NCBI GenBank assembly: GCA_965153455.1
Contig: OZ234493.1
Coordinates: 3,534,001-3,598,000, forward strand
Reading direction: 5' to 3'
Length of the DNA stretch: 64,000 nt
Source: Sphagnum compactum
Lineage: Eukaryota
The notes beneath the pieces were generated by a model that was given only the letters and a program-made list of their open reading frames with translations, had not been told where the DNA came from and did no database searches. The translations under genes were made by a program, and so were the position numbers. The stretch's first letter is position 1, and each line of letters begins with the position of its first letter. Of this stretch, positions 1 to 13,314 are shown piece by piece.

Positions 1-112
1 TTGTTTGTCATCTCCCAAACCACGACGGCTCTTGTCACACTTTTGGTACCATCGGAAAGCCCTCGATAAGTGGGTGTGCATCGAGTTGGTTTCATAATGT
101 TTTGACTAATGT
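1..112 (+). repeat. Fragment related to the Helitron-like repeat family
   Basis: ggaaagccctcgataagtgggtgtgcatcgagttggtttcataatgttttgact resembles ggaaagctctcaaaaggaaggggtgcatcagcttggaatcatggcgtttggact near 57966. Confidence 0.5.
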
Positions 113-759
113 TTGCTTAATTTTAAGTTTCTAGCCAAGTTTAGGTAGGATCTCAATCTAGGTCTAAGAACCAAACCCGTTGGATATACATGGACCCAAA
201 ATTGGTCAAGAACTGAACCTGGCATTAAAACCAAACTTTGAAGGGCCTTCATGTATTTGGACCTAGCCAAAAACCAAATGTGTTGGGTCTTAAATTCTTT
301 TTTACAAGGTCCAACTTTTAGGGTTTGGTAGGACTAGGGCCTTAAGTTTATATAATGTTTAAATTTTTTTCATTTTAAAGTCCTATGTCTAAATTCTAGG
401 GTTTTAGGATCATAGGTCCTAGCTTTAAGCTTTAATATAAAAAGGCATCTTCAATGGTAGCATTAAAATGGCCTTTACACAAATATGTTGCGATGTTTCG
501 TAAGTTGTTCCATATGATGGATAAAGGCCCAAATAAGGCCCTTGTGAATGGAAAACTTTGTCGACTAATTATTCTTTATGTTGTTCCCTGTTGTTGATCT
601 TGGGAACATGTTGAGGAACCTTTAGAGAATATAAAAGGAACATCATGAAAACTTTTGGGAATGTGGTGGGAACATTTTGGGAACACCAAAAATCCCCCAA
701 ATATTTTTTTTAGAAATCAATTTTCAAACCACCCACAAGAATAAGTCAGAACTTATTGA

Positions 760-2520
760 ATTTGGAATGGTGCCATGCAATGAACATTAGTCATGGATGG
801 AGCATAATGAGATTGGAATTAGATAGTAACACACATGCAATAGCCTTGAAACACACTAACCTCATCATTAGCACCAAAAGACATTAATATTTTTTTGAAA
901 ATGAAATCAAGGTTTGAAATACCTCCAAGCACAAGAATTGTCTAACCATTGTAGTCATGTTCACTACATTAAAAACGTCAACTACATGTTTTAAAAATAG
1001 TAACATAAGACCCTTTGTCCAAATTTGAATGGTAGATGCATGGATTGAAAGCTAAATTGATTGTTAACTAAAGTAAGTTCATCACAAAACAATGCAAATA
1101 CATTAGCCTTATCCAATGCAAACATCATAGCTTGCACGACAAGGTATGGAGAATATCAGGCACACCCAAACTTGCATTATCACACCAATGTTTCTTTTAG
1201 CAATGTTTAATTTTTAGCAATTCAAGAAGAAACCTCATATTCTCAAATTTGTCACGGGTCTGCTAAACAATAATAAATATATAACGATAACAAATTGAAC
1301 ACATTGCATCTTGTTAGAAGCCAAACTTTGATTAATAACAAGTTGAAAAACAAGATTAAGAAGGATTTGAGCAAACGTAACCTACATTATTATGCATGCA
1401 CATTTTTTATTCTCATAACAATTTCCAACTTTCACCCCAAAAATAATAGAAGTGGTTTTCCTCCTCCTAGAATGTTTTGACAAAAAATAAAGTTTGGTTA
1501 TTAATAATTTTGCTACCCTTAGTTTTTAAACATAGTATGTACCTTACAAAATTCATCAAACCATCCCCATCAATAACAAATTTTCTCGACATAAATTAAG
1601 TAGCCTAAACATCCTAAAATTCATAGGCAAGTTCGTATTTCCATTTCTTCACAATAGATTTTGTCAATTCAAAATCTTGCAACAAATCTATGACAATTGC
1701 AACAATTATAAGGTTGTTATATGAAGCACATTAAGATTAGAACCTAAATGGAGGTCATTCAATGTTTAAAAGGGAGGTGATTCAAAGGTAGAAACTTTTG
1801 GTGTAGATGTATGAAACCTAGAATTGAACAATGTTTTGTACCTAAAATTTGATGGAAGCTTTGGTGGGGCCATGATGCACAAAATTGACTTCAAAAACAT
1901 GAACAATTTTTTTTTATACAAACATAAACAAAACAAATAGCAAAAGAACTAAGATTGATGAGGAAAAAAATTTAGAACAATGGAACTAAGTTCGACATCA
2001 AGTTGAATCTGTGGTTTGCCACCCAATTGCCACCTACATGTTGCAATTTACAAACAAATAATTAGTCAATGTAAACATAAAAAAATAAGTTTTAAGTTTA
2101 TTGAATGAGTTGTTTCCACATTGCAGAATCACACAAAATGAAAAATAACAAAAACTCACAAGGTTGTGTGTCACATAGTGCATTTGAACATGCTAAAACT
2201 TACATGTTCATGGCACACTTTGAGCCTTGAACACAAATGCTTGAATAACCTTGAACATGAGCTTGAACAATGCCTTATTTGTTTGTATAACTATCATTTT
2301 ACAAAATCACAATTGATTAAGTTACAAAATCACAAAGAAAAAATCATAGTCAATAAATCTTCTTTTATGAATCTCACAATGCATCACATTTGGCACAAAT
2401 TGCAATGTGTTTGAACTTTTCAACAATCAACAAAATGCACATAATGTATAGACTACAACTTACAAAAATTGTGAATAATAAATCATAAACTTCAATCTTA
2501 ACATTTGTGACTTGTAGGTT
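760..2520 (-). mobile_element. Possible highly decayed hAT remnant
   Basis: Minus-strand fragments LFSRPVTNLRI and WCDNASLG (about 1270-1160) and CQNILG (about 1470) loosely resemble the hAT C-terminus. Boundaries are uncertain. Confidence 0.3.
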
Positions 2521-5500
2521 GTAGTTCATGGTAAATATTAATCTTTTTTTATTATTCTAATATTTAATTTTAATGTATTTAATTTTGTACTTAAACATAT
2601 CATTATTCAAACTATCAAAGTCTATAATAACAAAAAAACTACCAAAAAAATAGAGAATCAAACAAATCAAAATGTTTCAAAATCCATATTTGAACCATAA
2701 TCGGATCTGCATTGAACTTTAAACATAATTCAGAACAACATGAAATTCAAAATCAAGGTAGGGTCTTATCTAAAGTGGCCCTAAATTGTGCACCCTGGAT
2801 GTGCTAAATATTGATAGAGGGCTGCTGTAGGGCATTGCTCTAAGTAGTGCAAAATTTACATAACATTTTTTTTCCACCTCAATTGTAGGGTTTGAGGAAA
2901 TTTTTATTTGAATTTTCCAAAGTAAATTTTTTAAAAATAAAATAAAAATCAATATGATGGAGGAAATTTTTATTTGAATTTTTTCCAAAGTAAATATTTT
3001 AAAAAACCTTTTTTGCTTTATTAGTTTTCTATCTTTCAAATGTTTAATGTTTTGGGATTGATAACCTACTTGGATGATAACCGGGTCATGTAAGTAGGTC
3101 ATTAGATTTTGAGGCGAAAGGAGAGAACCACAAACAATAATATTTAGGATTGTGAATAATTTTGATGAGCCAATGAAAAAAAAAGGGCTCGTCACTAATA
3201 AAATATCAAAGTCCAAAGGTTTTCTTTTTAATTTATAAAATTAATTAATATAATAATTCTAAAAATTTAAATTCTTTTTATGGCAGAGTCCCAAAGTTCA
3301 AAGTCCAAAGATTAGAAGTCATGAGTAAGGATCATTTTTTTTTTAACTCTCTAATTTTTATTTATTAATAATTACCTCCTTTTTTTATTAATGATTATTT
3401 TTCTCTTTTATTTTATCCATCATGGATATAATTTTTAATGTAATTTAAATGAAATTTAAAATTAACATAAATAATAGCCAGATATCGAAAACCAAATGAG
3501 AACATGATAAGAGAAAAAAAAAAGGTTGAATGTCACTCGTAGTGCACAGCAACGTGAAGCCCAAGTTGATTTTGCCTTGCCTTGTTTTGCCGTGGCCATT
3601 GGCATGGGCAAATTGTGAGGCAGTGTTTTTTGGGATCTATTTAGTGATGTAGCCAAAGTGGCGATGATTCACATGAAGATTTAGCCAGATTTGGCTAAAA
3701 GAAAAAAATAATAAAACTAAACCTTTTAAAAATTGGTTTTTATACCTTTTTTTCGATACCTAGTTGAACCATGTGTAGAAATCTAACATTTTTTGTACAT
3801 TTTTGAATGAATGAATGAAATGTAATGTGAATGAAGATCATTAGGTCATCTAGGGTTTAGGGTCTACAATCTTATTGAAATTAACTTCAAAATGGGTACT
3901 TGCCTTTTTTTTTTTAAGGTTGGCTTCTTTCTATGCATCTTCATAGCATTTTTTATCTTGAAAGTTCATTGATCCCAAGACTATTTTCAACCACTTTGCT
4001 GAGCTTTCAATTTCACTTTAAGTTAGTTTGGTGTCCTACAAAGGCCGAACAAAGATGCCCAAAAACTTACTATCTAACATTATTGGAATTATAAAGAAAT
4101 GACAAAACTCATCTAACCCTAAGGGTTTCTTCAAATTCTTGTTATGGAAAAGGGTAATGGCCATTGGGTGCTAGTCATAAATATTGTAACATAGTTATTA
4201 ACCTAACTAAAAGAAATCTATGTCAAAGGAAACTTCAAAGGAAAATTTATTAGAAGCCTAAACTTGTCTAGATTTTAAATTTCTTAAAACTCCATAGTTT
4301 TATGATTAAGGTGCACAATTCTTAGCAATACAATTCAAATTGAATAGTCAATATGTTGGTGGTCCCATAAATGGTATGCTTTTTGACAATGAAGTACTTT
4401 CAAATTTGTTCCATTGATGTTCCCCAAGCTCCCAAAGCTTTGTAATTACATGACTAATGGGAACAAAAAGCAAAAGAAAAAAAGATGACCCCCCCTTACT
4501 TTGACCTTGATCATTAACTAAATAATAATAGTTTGTTTTTTATAATGATCATATCCTATTCCTTGACCACATGAAGCCCAATGCCTTATTGTCACTTTGC
4601 AAGTGGTTAAAGGTAATATCTAGGATGGGCCCTAATGGTGAACTAGTCCCACCAACCAAAAAGAAAATTTGGGTACCTAGGTGTTTAAGCTTTAGTGGTA
4701 GCCCATCTCTAGAAGGCATTCACATTAAAGATTTATCATTCACTTGTCACACAATTGACAAACTTTTGTTTCATACATTTAAGATCTTTACTATGATACT
4801 TTTTTTGCAATATCAAAATGTACAATTACACTAAATATTAAAGTATAATTAATATGTGTTTTATGTGATGTATTCTAATATGAAAACTCTTAAAAGTTTA
4901 TGTGCCTTGAGTAGTTTATGTGCCTTGAGTTTGTGTGAACATTGGGTTAGCATGTATGTGGCAAACACACAACCATCTCTTTTTCAACATAAAAGGAGGC
5001 CCACATGGATCTTGTTACATTTGTCAAGGAACATGAAAAAGTTCAAGTAGGTGATGGAAAAAGCAAGTAAAATAAGTTGTTGCTTCTCCTAGTTGACATC
5101 ACTTTTAGCCACAACAATAAATTGTTCCATATGGGAATATGATTGATACTTAAAAATTTAGTCCCAAGGTTGAACTATGAAGTACTCTATTTATTCTTCT
5201 TTAATTACCAATTTACCTAAAGACCCCAATTATGGCAATCCCATTACAATTAGGTTGGCTATTGTGGATAACATCTAGCATGCTCTAATTCATGAATTGA
5301 ACCCACAACCACTTGCCCAACTCGAAGGTGGGTTTGAGTCCCAAGAAATTGAGCCATTATACAACCATTCGGATCAAATTGAATAATGTATGTTGGACTC
5401 GATATATCCAATTTATAACCTTGTCCAATGAAATCAATCCTTTGGTCATGGTATAATGGAGTTTTTAGTATTTCAAGTTGTAGAGTAACCATTGTTAGAC

Positions 5501-8500
5501 TTTTTTTTAAGTCATTTTCCTTGAAAGTAATCCCCAATTGAGATTTTTTTTTTTTTTTTTTGTTTGGGTGCATCAAACTAACGAATCAAGTAATTAACAC
5601 TTGAAGGCTTATCACTCAATTCAAGCATGATTTCCTTTCATATTTGGCTATTCGAAAACTCGATACATACATTGCATGCCCCCTAAATACTCTTCAAGTT
5701 CATACCCAAAAAAGAACACTATTAAAAGTCCCATTAAAATGGCTATGTTGAGTATTGGATCTAATGGATTGGAAGTAGGTCATGATTGCTTCTTTGGGAC
5801 TATTCCAAAGAGTGGTTTTTAAGCCATTTCTCCATCATAAGAAAAAATTTATTGAAGTGTGAAACTGAAGGTTCCCCCCCCCCTCCCCCCTTCAACTTTA
5901 CTCACTTTATGGCCTTTAAATTGAAAGCATAATCATCATATCAAAGGACTTGTCAATATATCCTTTAATACTATGAACTTTGGCATATGATACCGAAAAT
6001 ATAGAAAATTTGCCCACAACAAATATCACTTGTTAGTTAGTGCTATCATTGATTTAAACAAATTTCTTTGCAAAAAATATGCATAACTCAAACCCGGCAA
6101 TTGCAATGCTTACTCCTTTGTCCTATAAAGCAATACCCACTAAGTAAAAAGCCGCTACATCTTTGGTGTATTTCTAATGTCCCATCTTTTACACCCGTGA
6201 ATCCAACAAACAAATGGAATAGTGTAGAAATCTTTCTCAACACATGATGAAGTAAGAAACAACCCATTTGCCAAATGGGAATGGAAATTTGTAACCTACC
6301 TTCTTCACCATCACTAGCTCACACACATATTATATTATATTATATAACTTTGTTTTCCAAAATCAAAATTCTTAACACATTAGATTTTGTGTATTTTTGT
6401 TTAATAATTTTAAAAATATGATACCATCTCTATACCTTGCATACTGTCACCCATGTTCAACAATTATTGTTGAAAGATTTAATATTTATTTATTTGTTTA
6501 TTTGAAAGAAATGGGATTGTTCCATAGTCATTACAAATGAATTGCTTTGAGAGGGGTTGGATCATCATATGTTAACCTAAGTGAATCAATTTGATAACCA
6601 TAATAGCTTAAGGTTAGATCACCACCTATGGATAGGCTAACTACATGATAAGCTCTAAACCATAACGATAATCTCGCTTAACCCCTTTTCACATTATCAA
6701 CCTACTATCGAACTTGGTTACCATTAACTTTGCATTACCCATGTTCACAAATAAGGATAATTATACCACCTATTGATAGGTGGTAGGTTGGTACACAAGC
6801 TTTGCTCATGATTTTATTTTATAACAATTTTTTTTTTAAGGATCTTTTTCTTTTTACATTTTTCTTTTCTCATTTGTGTTAAGTATGTTTTAGTAGCGTC
6901 TTGCTTTGTTCTTGCACTTTGCAATATTTGTTTATGTTATACTCTCATTCTATGTTCCAATATTCTTTTCATAGTGTGTTTCAATAGTTACATTGACCTT
7001 CTTTTTTTTTTGTTTTGTCTTTTTTTTTGCAATTTTGACCTGTTGTTGTTTCAAATATTAACCTATTTCATATCAATATTCTCCTTCTTTTTTTACAATG
7101 TTGATCGCAACATCAACCTGTCTTTGTCACGTCATTGTGACATTCTTTTTTTTCCTTTTTCTCTGCAATATTTAATTGTGCATCCTCATTGTTTGTAGCA
7201 TCAACGTTCCCAATGTTGTTGTAGCATCATAACACTTGTTCTTTTGTTTTTTTATATAAAAACGTTTTTTTTTTTTTTTTTGTGTTTTCAAAAAAAATTG
7301 TTTGTTTATTTTCTACAAGTTGTTTTTAACAACATTTTTTTTTGTTTCATTGTGATTTACTATTCATTCAACACAATGAGATAGTTGAAAGTTGTTTTGC
7401 TTGCACAATTTTGCAATCGTTAATTCAAGCACATGATTTTTTAATTTTAAATTAGTTGAATATCTACTTTACATACAAATTTGATTTTGGTGAATTATAG
7501 TCAACATCTTTTTATAAAACCACAAACAATAGTAGATATGTGTTTAAATTTATGGTTAATGTGTTGACCTTTTATAGTTATAAGATTTCTTGTGTTTATG
7601 AGTTGTTATTGAATCAAGAATTTGACGATTGGGTTAAAGCATGAAGGGAAAATTGGTAAAGAAATTAATATACAAAATGGAGAAGAAGAATACAAAATAT
7701 AGGGATGTGGTTCATGTGAGCATTAAGTAGCTTGATCACTATACAAATTAGCACATGTTTATGAATACTTGAAATGTAATGAATTTTTTTCCACTAAAAA
7801 ATCGACAATTCATTTAATGGTATCGGTGTGTATACTTGTTGTATATGAAGTTTTCAAAGGGTTAACTTTAATGGGCTACAAGGGGGAGATATTTCAAGGG
7901 TCAACCAATGACTTGCATTAGAACATTACCTAGGAAATTAGAAACCACACAATCATAAATGTGGTTGAAAAAGCCTACATCTACTTCATTTCTTATCCTT
8001 GAACAATTAAACTAGTGTGTACATCAAAATTGCATCCAATCTTACTTATATCACCGAAACTGAAGAATGGTAATGCTATTTGAATTCAAATTCAGAGGAA
8101 ATTCAAAATTGTCAGATGCTTCGATTGAAATCAACTTGTTTGGAATCATTCAAAAATTCGGAGTTCTTATAATTGTTATTTGCAATCTATATTGTGTATC
8201 ATGATTCACATTAACGTTCATGTTCATTATGTAACATCATTATCTTACTTTTGATTACTTAGAACATGCAAGTTATGAATAATCAATTATTTTTCTAAAT
8301 CTTTAAAAAAACTAAGCATGTCAACTTGTGGAAGTAGCAACACTTGGTCTTTGATAAATGCATGACATGTTGTCGTATTCAAGTTTGATAACACAATCAC
8401 CAAGTTTTTGCGAGCTTTCTTATTTGCAATATCATCCATTATTCTTATGCATACGAATATTATGTTGTTAGGTTGTTAATGTTTATGTAGCTTAGATGAA

Positions 8501-10559
8501 TTATTGATTGTGAACTTTGATGATGTAAGTCCCAAGGGATTCAAGTGCAATAGATTGCATAAAGCAACATGAGTGTTGAATTTGAATATTTTTACTTATC
8601 ACACCCAAAACTTAAAAACTTTTATAATTTCACACAATCATCAAGAATAAGACTTTGATGGTCTCACTCAACGATAAAAATAATAATAAATTGCTCAAAA
8701 AAATTGAACAACAAAAAAAATCAAATGTTTTCACTCTATGCTATCAAATGGTTTTAAAAGAATAATTAAATGTTTTATTCTTTGAATTAAGAGTCAAAAA
8801 TGAAAAAGAATGTCATATATAACATGATTCCTAATTTGCTTTCTTAAGAAACCAACAAGTTAAAAATTATAAAAAATAGCCATCTCCTTATTTATCATTT
8901 ATATTGTTTTTGACATTAAACACACTTGTGCATGATAATTGTAGATGTAAGTCTAAGGATCTATTAAAAGCTTTAGCCATGTGTCACATGCCTTTTAATC
9001 TCCTATGCAACTTTCAAATTTTAAATTTGCACATGTGGTTGAAATTTAGTTGTACATTCATATTAAAACATATTTAGTTGCATGTCAAATGTTCAATTTT
9101 TGTGAACACAATTTCTCATAGTTCAAGCTAAAAGACCTGAGGTTTATTGTATAGAATCCACATGTACAAGATAATGACATCACTAATACAATGTATACAT
9201 TGTTTCAATTCCACTTTAGAAATATACTTTCAGTTAATCACATAGTTTGCAAGTGAAGTGATATCTATTTTGGGTTGCAAGAGAGTTGATGATTAGTCAT
9301 ATCATATTTAAATTACATTTTTGCAATAGTGAAGCAACAGTCTTTATATATTGAGAACTTAATTGCATAACTAATTGTACCATAATGAACAACATAATTG
9401 ACAACTAGTTGCAATTTTTTTTTAATATTCTAACTATTCAATGCCATGGTGCCAACTGGTAATTGTCATGGTGACAATGTGTATGTGTGGCATGACTATA
9501 CATGTTAAGGTCCTGCGATAATTGCAAGGTAGAGGTTTTCGACAACTTTCATGCACTTGTTCACAAAGTTAATATGCATTGACAACAATCATATATACTA
9601 GACATATTGAAATTGTATAGGATCCAGTTTGTAAAGAATACGTGATTATCATACAACACATGAATTTTTGATGTGACATTTTTTTTTTAATTGCCCCATA
9701 AGATTTCTTTGGAACAAATGTAGCATAGTTGCACATTACTTGCACTAAAAACTTAGTTGAAAGGTAGTGAGGTTTTTGGGGACATGATTTTTCATAATGT
9801 TGTCAATGATGAGAAAAAACATATTGTTGCAAATTTTTAAAAACGTTTGTGTTTCCAAGTGCAGGTGTCGAAGGAGTGTTATTAGCAAGATTGATGGAAA
9901 TAATAAGGAAGTATGTGGTTAAAGCTTATAAGAGGTTTTGAATCTACATATAAATTCATGAAACTTGGTGTTCATGCCACTTGAGAATTTGCAACTAGAT
10001 TTGGAACGTCTTGCACATTGCCTTGTGATTAGATATCTTCATTCTCATCTTGGGTTTATTGTGCAAGCTATTTGTAGATTGCATCACCTTTAGCACTCAC
10101 GTCCCTAATAATATTTTCTCCTTGACAAGATTCAATCGATTTGTAATATATATATTTTTGAATTGATGAAATAATTTGAAGCTCCTTTTTTCTTCACACA
10201 ACAAATCCCAAAAACAAGTATCGATTCCTTTATGATAATTTGCAAGTCTTTTTTGTAATTAGAGTCCAAAACATTCCACTTATCTTTACACATTGTTTCA
10301 TTTTACTTTTGATCTTCTTTTCCAATTTTTGAGCAAATCTTTTTCAATGTTGCATACACAAGACCACATGTGTGCGCAAATCAATGAGGTTCTTGTACTT
10401 GTGGGTTCTCTTGAGGTAAAGGCCACCACTTGAGGGAGCGAGCCCAAGGGTGTTCTCAAACTTCAAAAGAACCCATGAGTTTGGGAACCTCCATGGGAAC
10501 ACAAGAATTTATAAAGATAGGAGGATTTCCACTAGCACAATGTTGTAGAGTTCTTATGG

Positions 10560-10860
10560 GGGGAAATCTTTTACAAAAATTAGCATTTTTTTGGGTGAAT
10601 TTTTGCCACTTGTCAAATTTTTTTACAAAATTTTTTTTGTATAAAATATTCTTTTTTTCAAAACAATTGCCAAAAATTGATTAAAATGATTTTTTTAGTA
10701 AAAAAAATCACCATGTTTTTAGACGTTGTTCAAGCATATAGCTAGAATACAAAAGGATTTTAATCAAATTCTACTTTCATAGCTAATCTATAGCCAAACA
10801 TGACTAAATCTATTTATGGATGATTGCCAATGTGGTAACATCACAAAATTGAAAAAAATT
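10560..10860. repeat. Dispersed short repeat family; other copies near 25590-25830 (same orientation) and 3620-3800 and 30690-30860 (inverted)
   Basis: Shared blocks aaaaaatcaccatgtttt, ttctactttcat and ctatagccaaa..ctaaatct. Inverted copies read tagccaaagtggc.atga..gatttagccagatt. Confidence 0.7.
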
Positions 10861-11154
10861 AAAATAAAATAAAAATTGCTCAAATTAGATATAAAATAAA
10901 AAGAAGAGTTGTTTATTTAAGCATTTAACAATAGAGGAAAAAATAAAATTACAAACCTCTAAAGCATCAACAATGAATTAAATGCAAGATTGGTCCCAAC
11001 ACATTAAGCACTAGTCTTGACGCACTAAGCGAAATTCAAAGCTGTTTAATTAAATAATTAGTTTCTTTTTGTTGAATTGTAAATTGAGAATCTCTATCAT
11101 GGTTTTCTTTGCTTCAAATTTGTGGCATAAAAAAGTTGGCAAAAATTTCCATTA

Positions 11155-11605
11155 AAAAAAACAAGGGGTACAGTGTTACACATTTGTGGCCTTGCCATTT
11201 ACATTAAAAAAAGGCAAGAAATTTTTTTATGGAAACTCAATTATATTTCACCATGCAAAAATATAATCTTCAAAGAAAATTCCTCTATAAAAAAACCAAA
11301 ATCCTTCAAGATATTAGAACTCTATTATAACTAATCTCAAGTTTCAACCACAAGCCAAAATATCATACACTACAACAAAAGGTGTCCTTGTACACCAGGT
11401 GATTTCACTGGATTTTGAGTGAACGGGGACCAATGAAGAAACAATGAATTCACTGGTTTAGTGAACAAGGACTAGTGAATTGCACCCACATTTTGTAGTA
11501 GTGAATTTTCAAAAATCCTTATATAAAAATAGACCTTTTATTATGTAGGGGCCAAAATCCATTAAGCTACCATACTCTATAGTGAATCTAAACACAATAT
11601 ACTTG
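11155..11605. repeat. Dispersed repeat, copy 1 (interrupted by the CACTA MITE)
   Basis: Colinear with 31285-31612: aacaagggg, ttgtggcctt, ttcaccatgcaaaaatataatcttcaaa, aaaccaaaatccttcaa, ataactaatctcaagtttcaac, ttaagctac and tgaatctaaac. Confidence 0.8.
11368..11503. mobile_element. 136-bp non-autonomous CACTA (En/Spm) element
   Basis: Begins CACTACAACAAAAGGTG and ends CACATTTTGTAGTAGTG (17-bp TIR, 2 mismatches). Internal TTCACT/AGTGAA subterminal repeats are present. The element is absent from the paralogous host repeat near 31500. The TSD is degenerate. Confidence 0.8.
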
Positions 11606-12104
11606 CCTTGGTAGGCATGGCCAATTTTTTTTAAAAAAACATATAAACATTATAAAAGTATGATACAATAATATGTGCTTAAGGGGTGCCATGCCTCCCT
11701 AATTGTTATTAAAAATTAAAATAAAATTAAGGGCACCTAGTCCACTAGTGGCAACCCAAACATATTAACAAGAGAAATTGTACTCTTTTTGACTTGAACA
11801 CTCCCTTCCCCCCCCCCACCCCCCCTTCCACCATGTTTAAATAAATTAATAAAAATTAATAAATGAAAAAAAGAAAAAAATTAGAAGAAAACCAAGAATT
11901 TTTTTTTTAAAGAACCGAAAAGAATTTTTTTTTTTTAAAGACCAAGAAAAAAAAATGTTTTATAAAAAAAAGCAGAAGAAGAAGAAGAAGGGGACAAGGG
12001 ATCTCCAAGATTCTGATTGCGTTCCCATAGTGCTAGTGGCAACTTTTAATTACCCAAAAAGAGAAAACAATCCCATGGGAACAACAAAGGGAACGAGTCA
12101 ACGT

Positions 12105-12201
12105 GGGACACAATTGGGAACGTTTGCAAACATGGGAAGAGAGCAACAAGGGAACAATTGGGAACTTTTGCAAACATGGGAAGAGAGCAACAAGGGAACG
12201 T
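12105..12201. repeat. About 46-bp direct tandem duplication
   Basis: caattgggaac(g/t)tttgcaaacatgggaagagagcaacaagggaac occurs twice in tandem. Confidence 0.85.
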
Positions 12202-12221
12202 GCCCAGTGGCGAGCGCGAGC

Positions 12222-12237
12222 GCGAGAGAGAGAGAGA

Positions 12238-12274
<37 letters not shown>

Positions 12275-12594
12275 GGCGAAGACGACAAACGCAGTTGCGA
12301 GAATTTTGAGTTTTGTCGCGAAAGTCTGGCGGCCGCCATCGCCCACTTCTTTTTTTTTTGTTTTTTTTTTCGTTTTTTTTCTCCTCATGGTTTTCATATG
12401 GTTTGCGTGCTGTTTGCTGCAGTGTGTGTGTGTGTTTTTGGAGAGGACGGTACTTTGAGTTTGTTATTTTAGCATTACTTTTTCCTCAATGTTTGTGTTG
12501 CTGCAGATTGCATGTGTTTTAGAAGAGAGAGGCGAGGCGGATTCTTAACATGATTATGCACACACACTCCTCTGGTAGACACAGACAGAGAGAG

Positions 12595-12640
<46 letters not shown>
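12222..12640 (+). repeat. (GA)n microsatellites in the kinase promoter/5' leader (GAGA elements)
   Basis: Two long GA tracts at about 12224-12273 and 12585-12640. Confidence 0.85.
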
Positions 12641-12642
<2 letters not shown>

Positions 12643-12879
12643 TTGAAAGGGAGTAGTGAGAAAACTAAGAAGAAAACTCAAGAAATTTTGTGTGTCTGTT
12701 TGTAAATTATTAGTCGCGTTTGCCTTGTTCGTAAGTTGGAGGACGGACTATCTCTAAGTGGGGGTGGGGAGGAAGCCCAACCGGAACGTTTGCTGGAATT
12801 TTGATTTCAATTCTATCTTGGACATCTGCATCGTCGTCGTCGTCGTCGTCGCGGTGAGCTTGAATTGTGATATGTGGAT

Positions 12880-13205
12880 GACCCAGTTATTAGGGGAAGG
12901 AAGCAGTACCGGGAGCAAAAGCAGTAGGAAGGATGCACAAGGAAGGAGAAGCAGCAGGCTCCTTCGATTGTAACCGTGCCGGTGCCGACCCTGTTAGCAG
13001 AGAAGCAAGCAGTACCGGGAGAGAAAGCAGTAGGAAGGAGAAGCTGCAGGTTTTGGTTGTAATCGTGGATTCGACCCAGTTAGCAGGGGAAGGAAGCAGT
13101 ACCGGGAGCGAAAGCAGCAGGAAGGATGCACAAGGAAGGAGAAGCAGTCTTTGGTTGTAATCGTGATGTCGGCCCAGCTAGCAGGGAAAGGAAGCAGTAC
13201 CGGGA
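12880..13205 (+). repeat. Four diverged tandem units of about 87-106 bp in the kinase 5' leader
   Basis: The core AAGCAGTACCGGGA occurs at 12901, 13007, 13094 and 13192, with similar flanks (acccagttagcaggggaagg upstream, ttgtaatcgtg downstream). Confidence 0.85.
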
Positions 13206-13314
13206 TTCGTCTTCTTCTTCACAGGATTTTCTGAAGCCCGCGAGAAAGGGAAGCAGCTGGGTATCAGGAAGTGCAGCAGTAGCAGCAGCAGCTCGACGAC
13301 CTGATCATAATATC

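Noticed and set aside
7500-10150. Possible decayed transposase (for example Mutator-like)
   Set aside because: It has the texture of decayed coding DNA, but I could not recover a diagnostic motif by eye.
11955-12681. Several 60-170 aa ORFs with RERERE/SLSLSL runs
   Set aside because: These are translations of GA/CT microsatellites and poly-T tracts.
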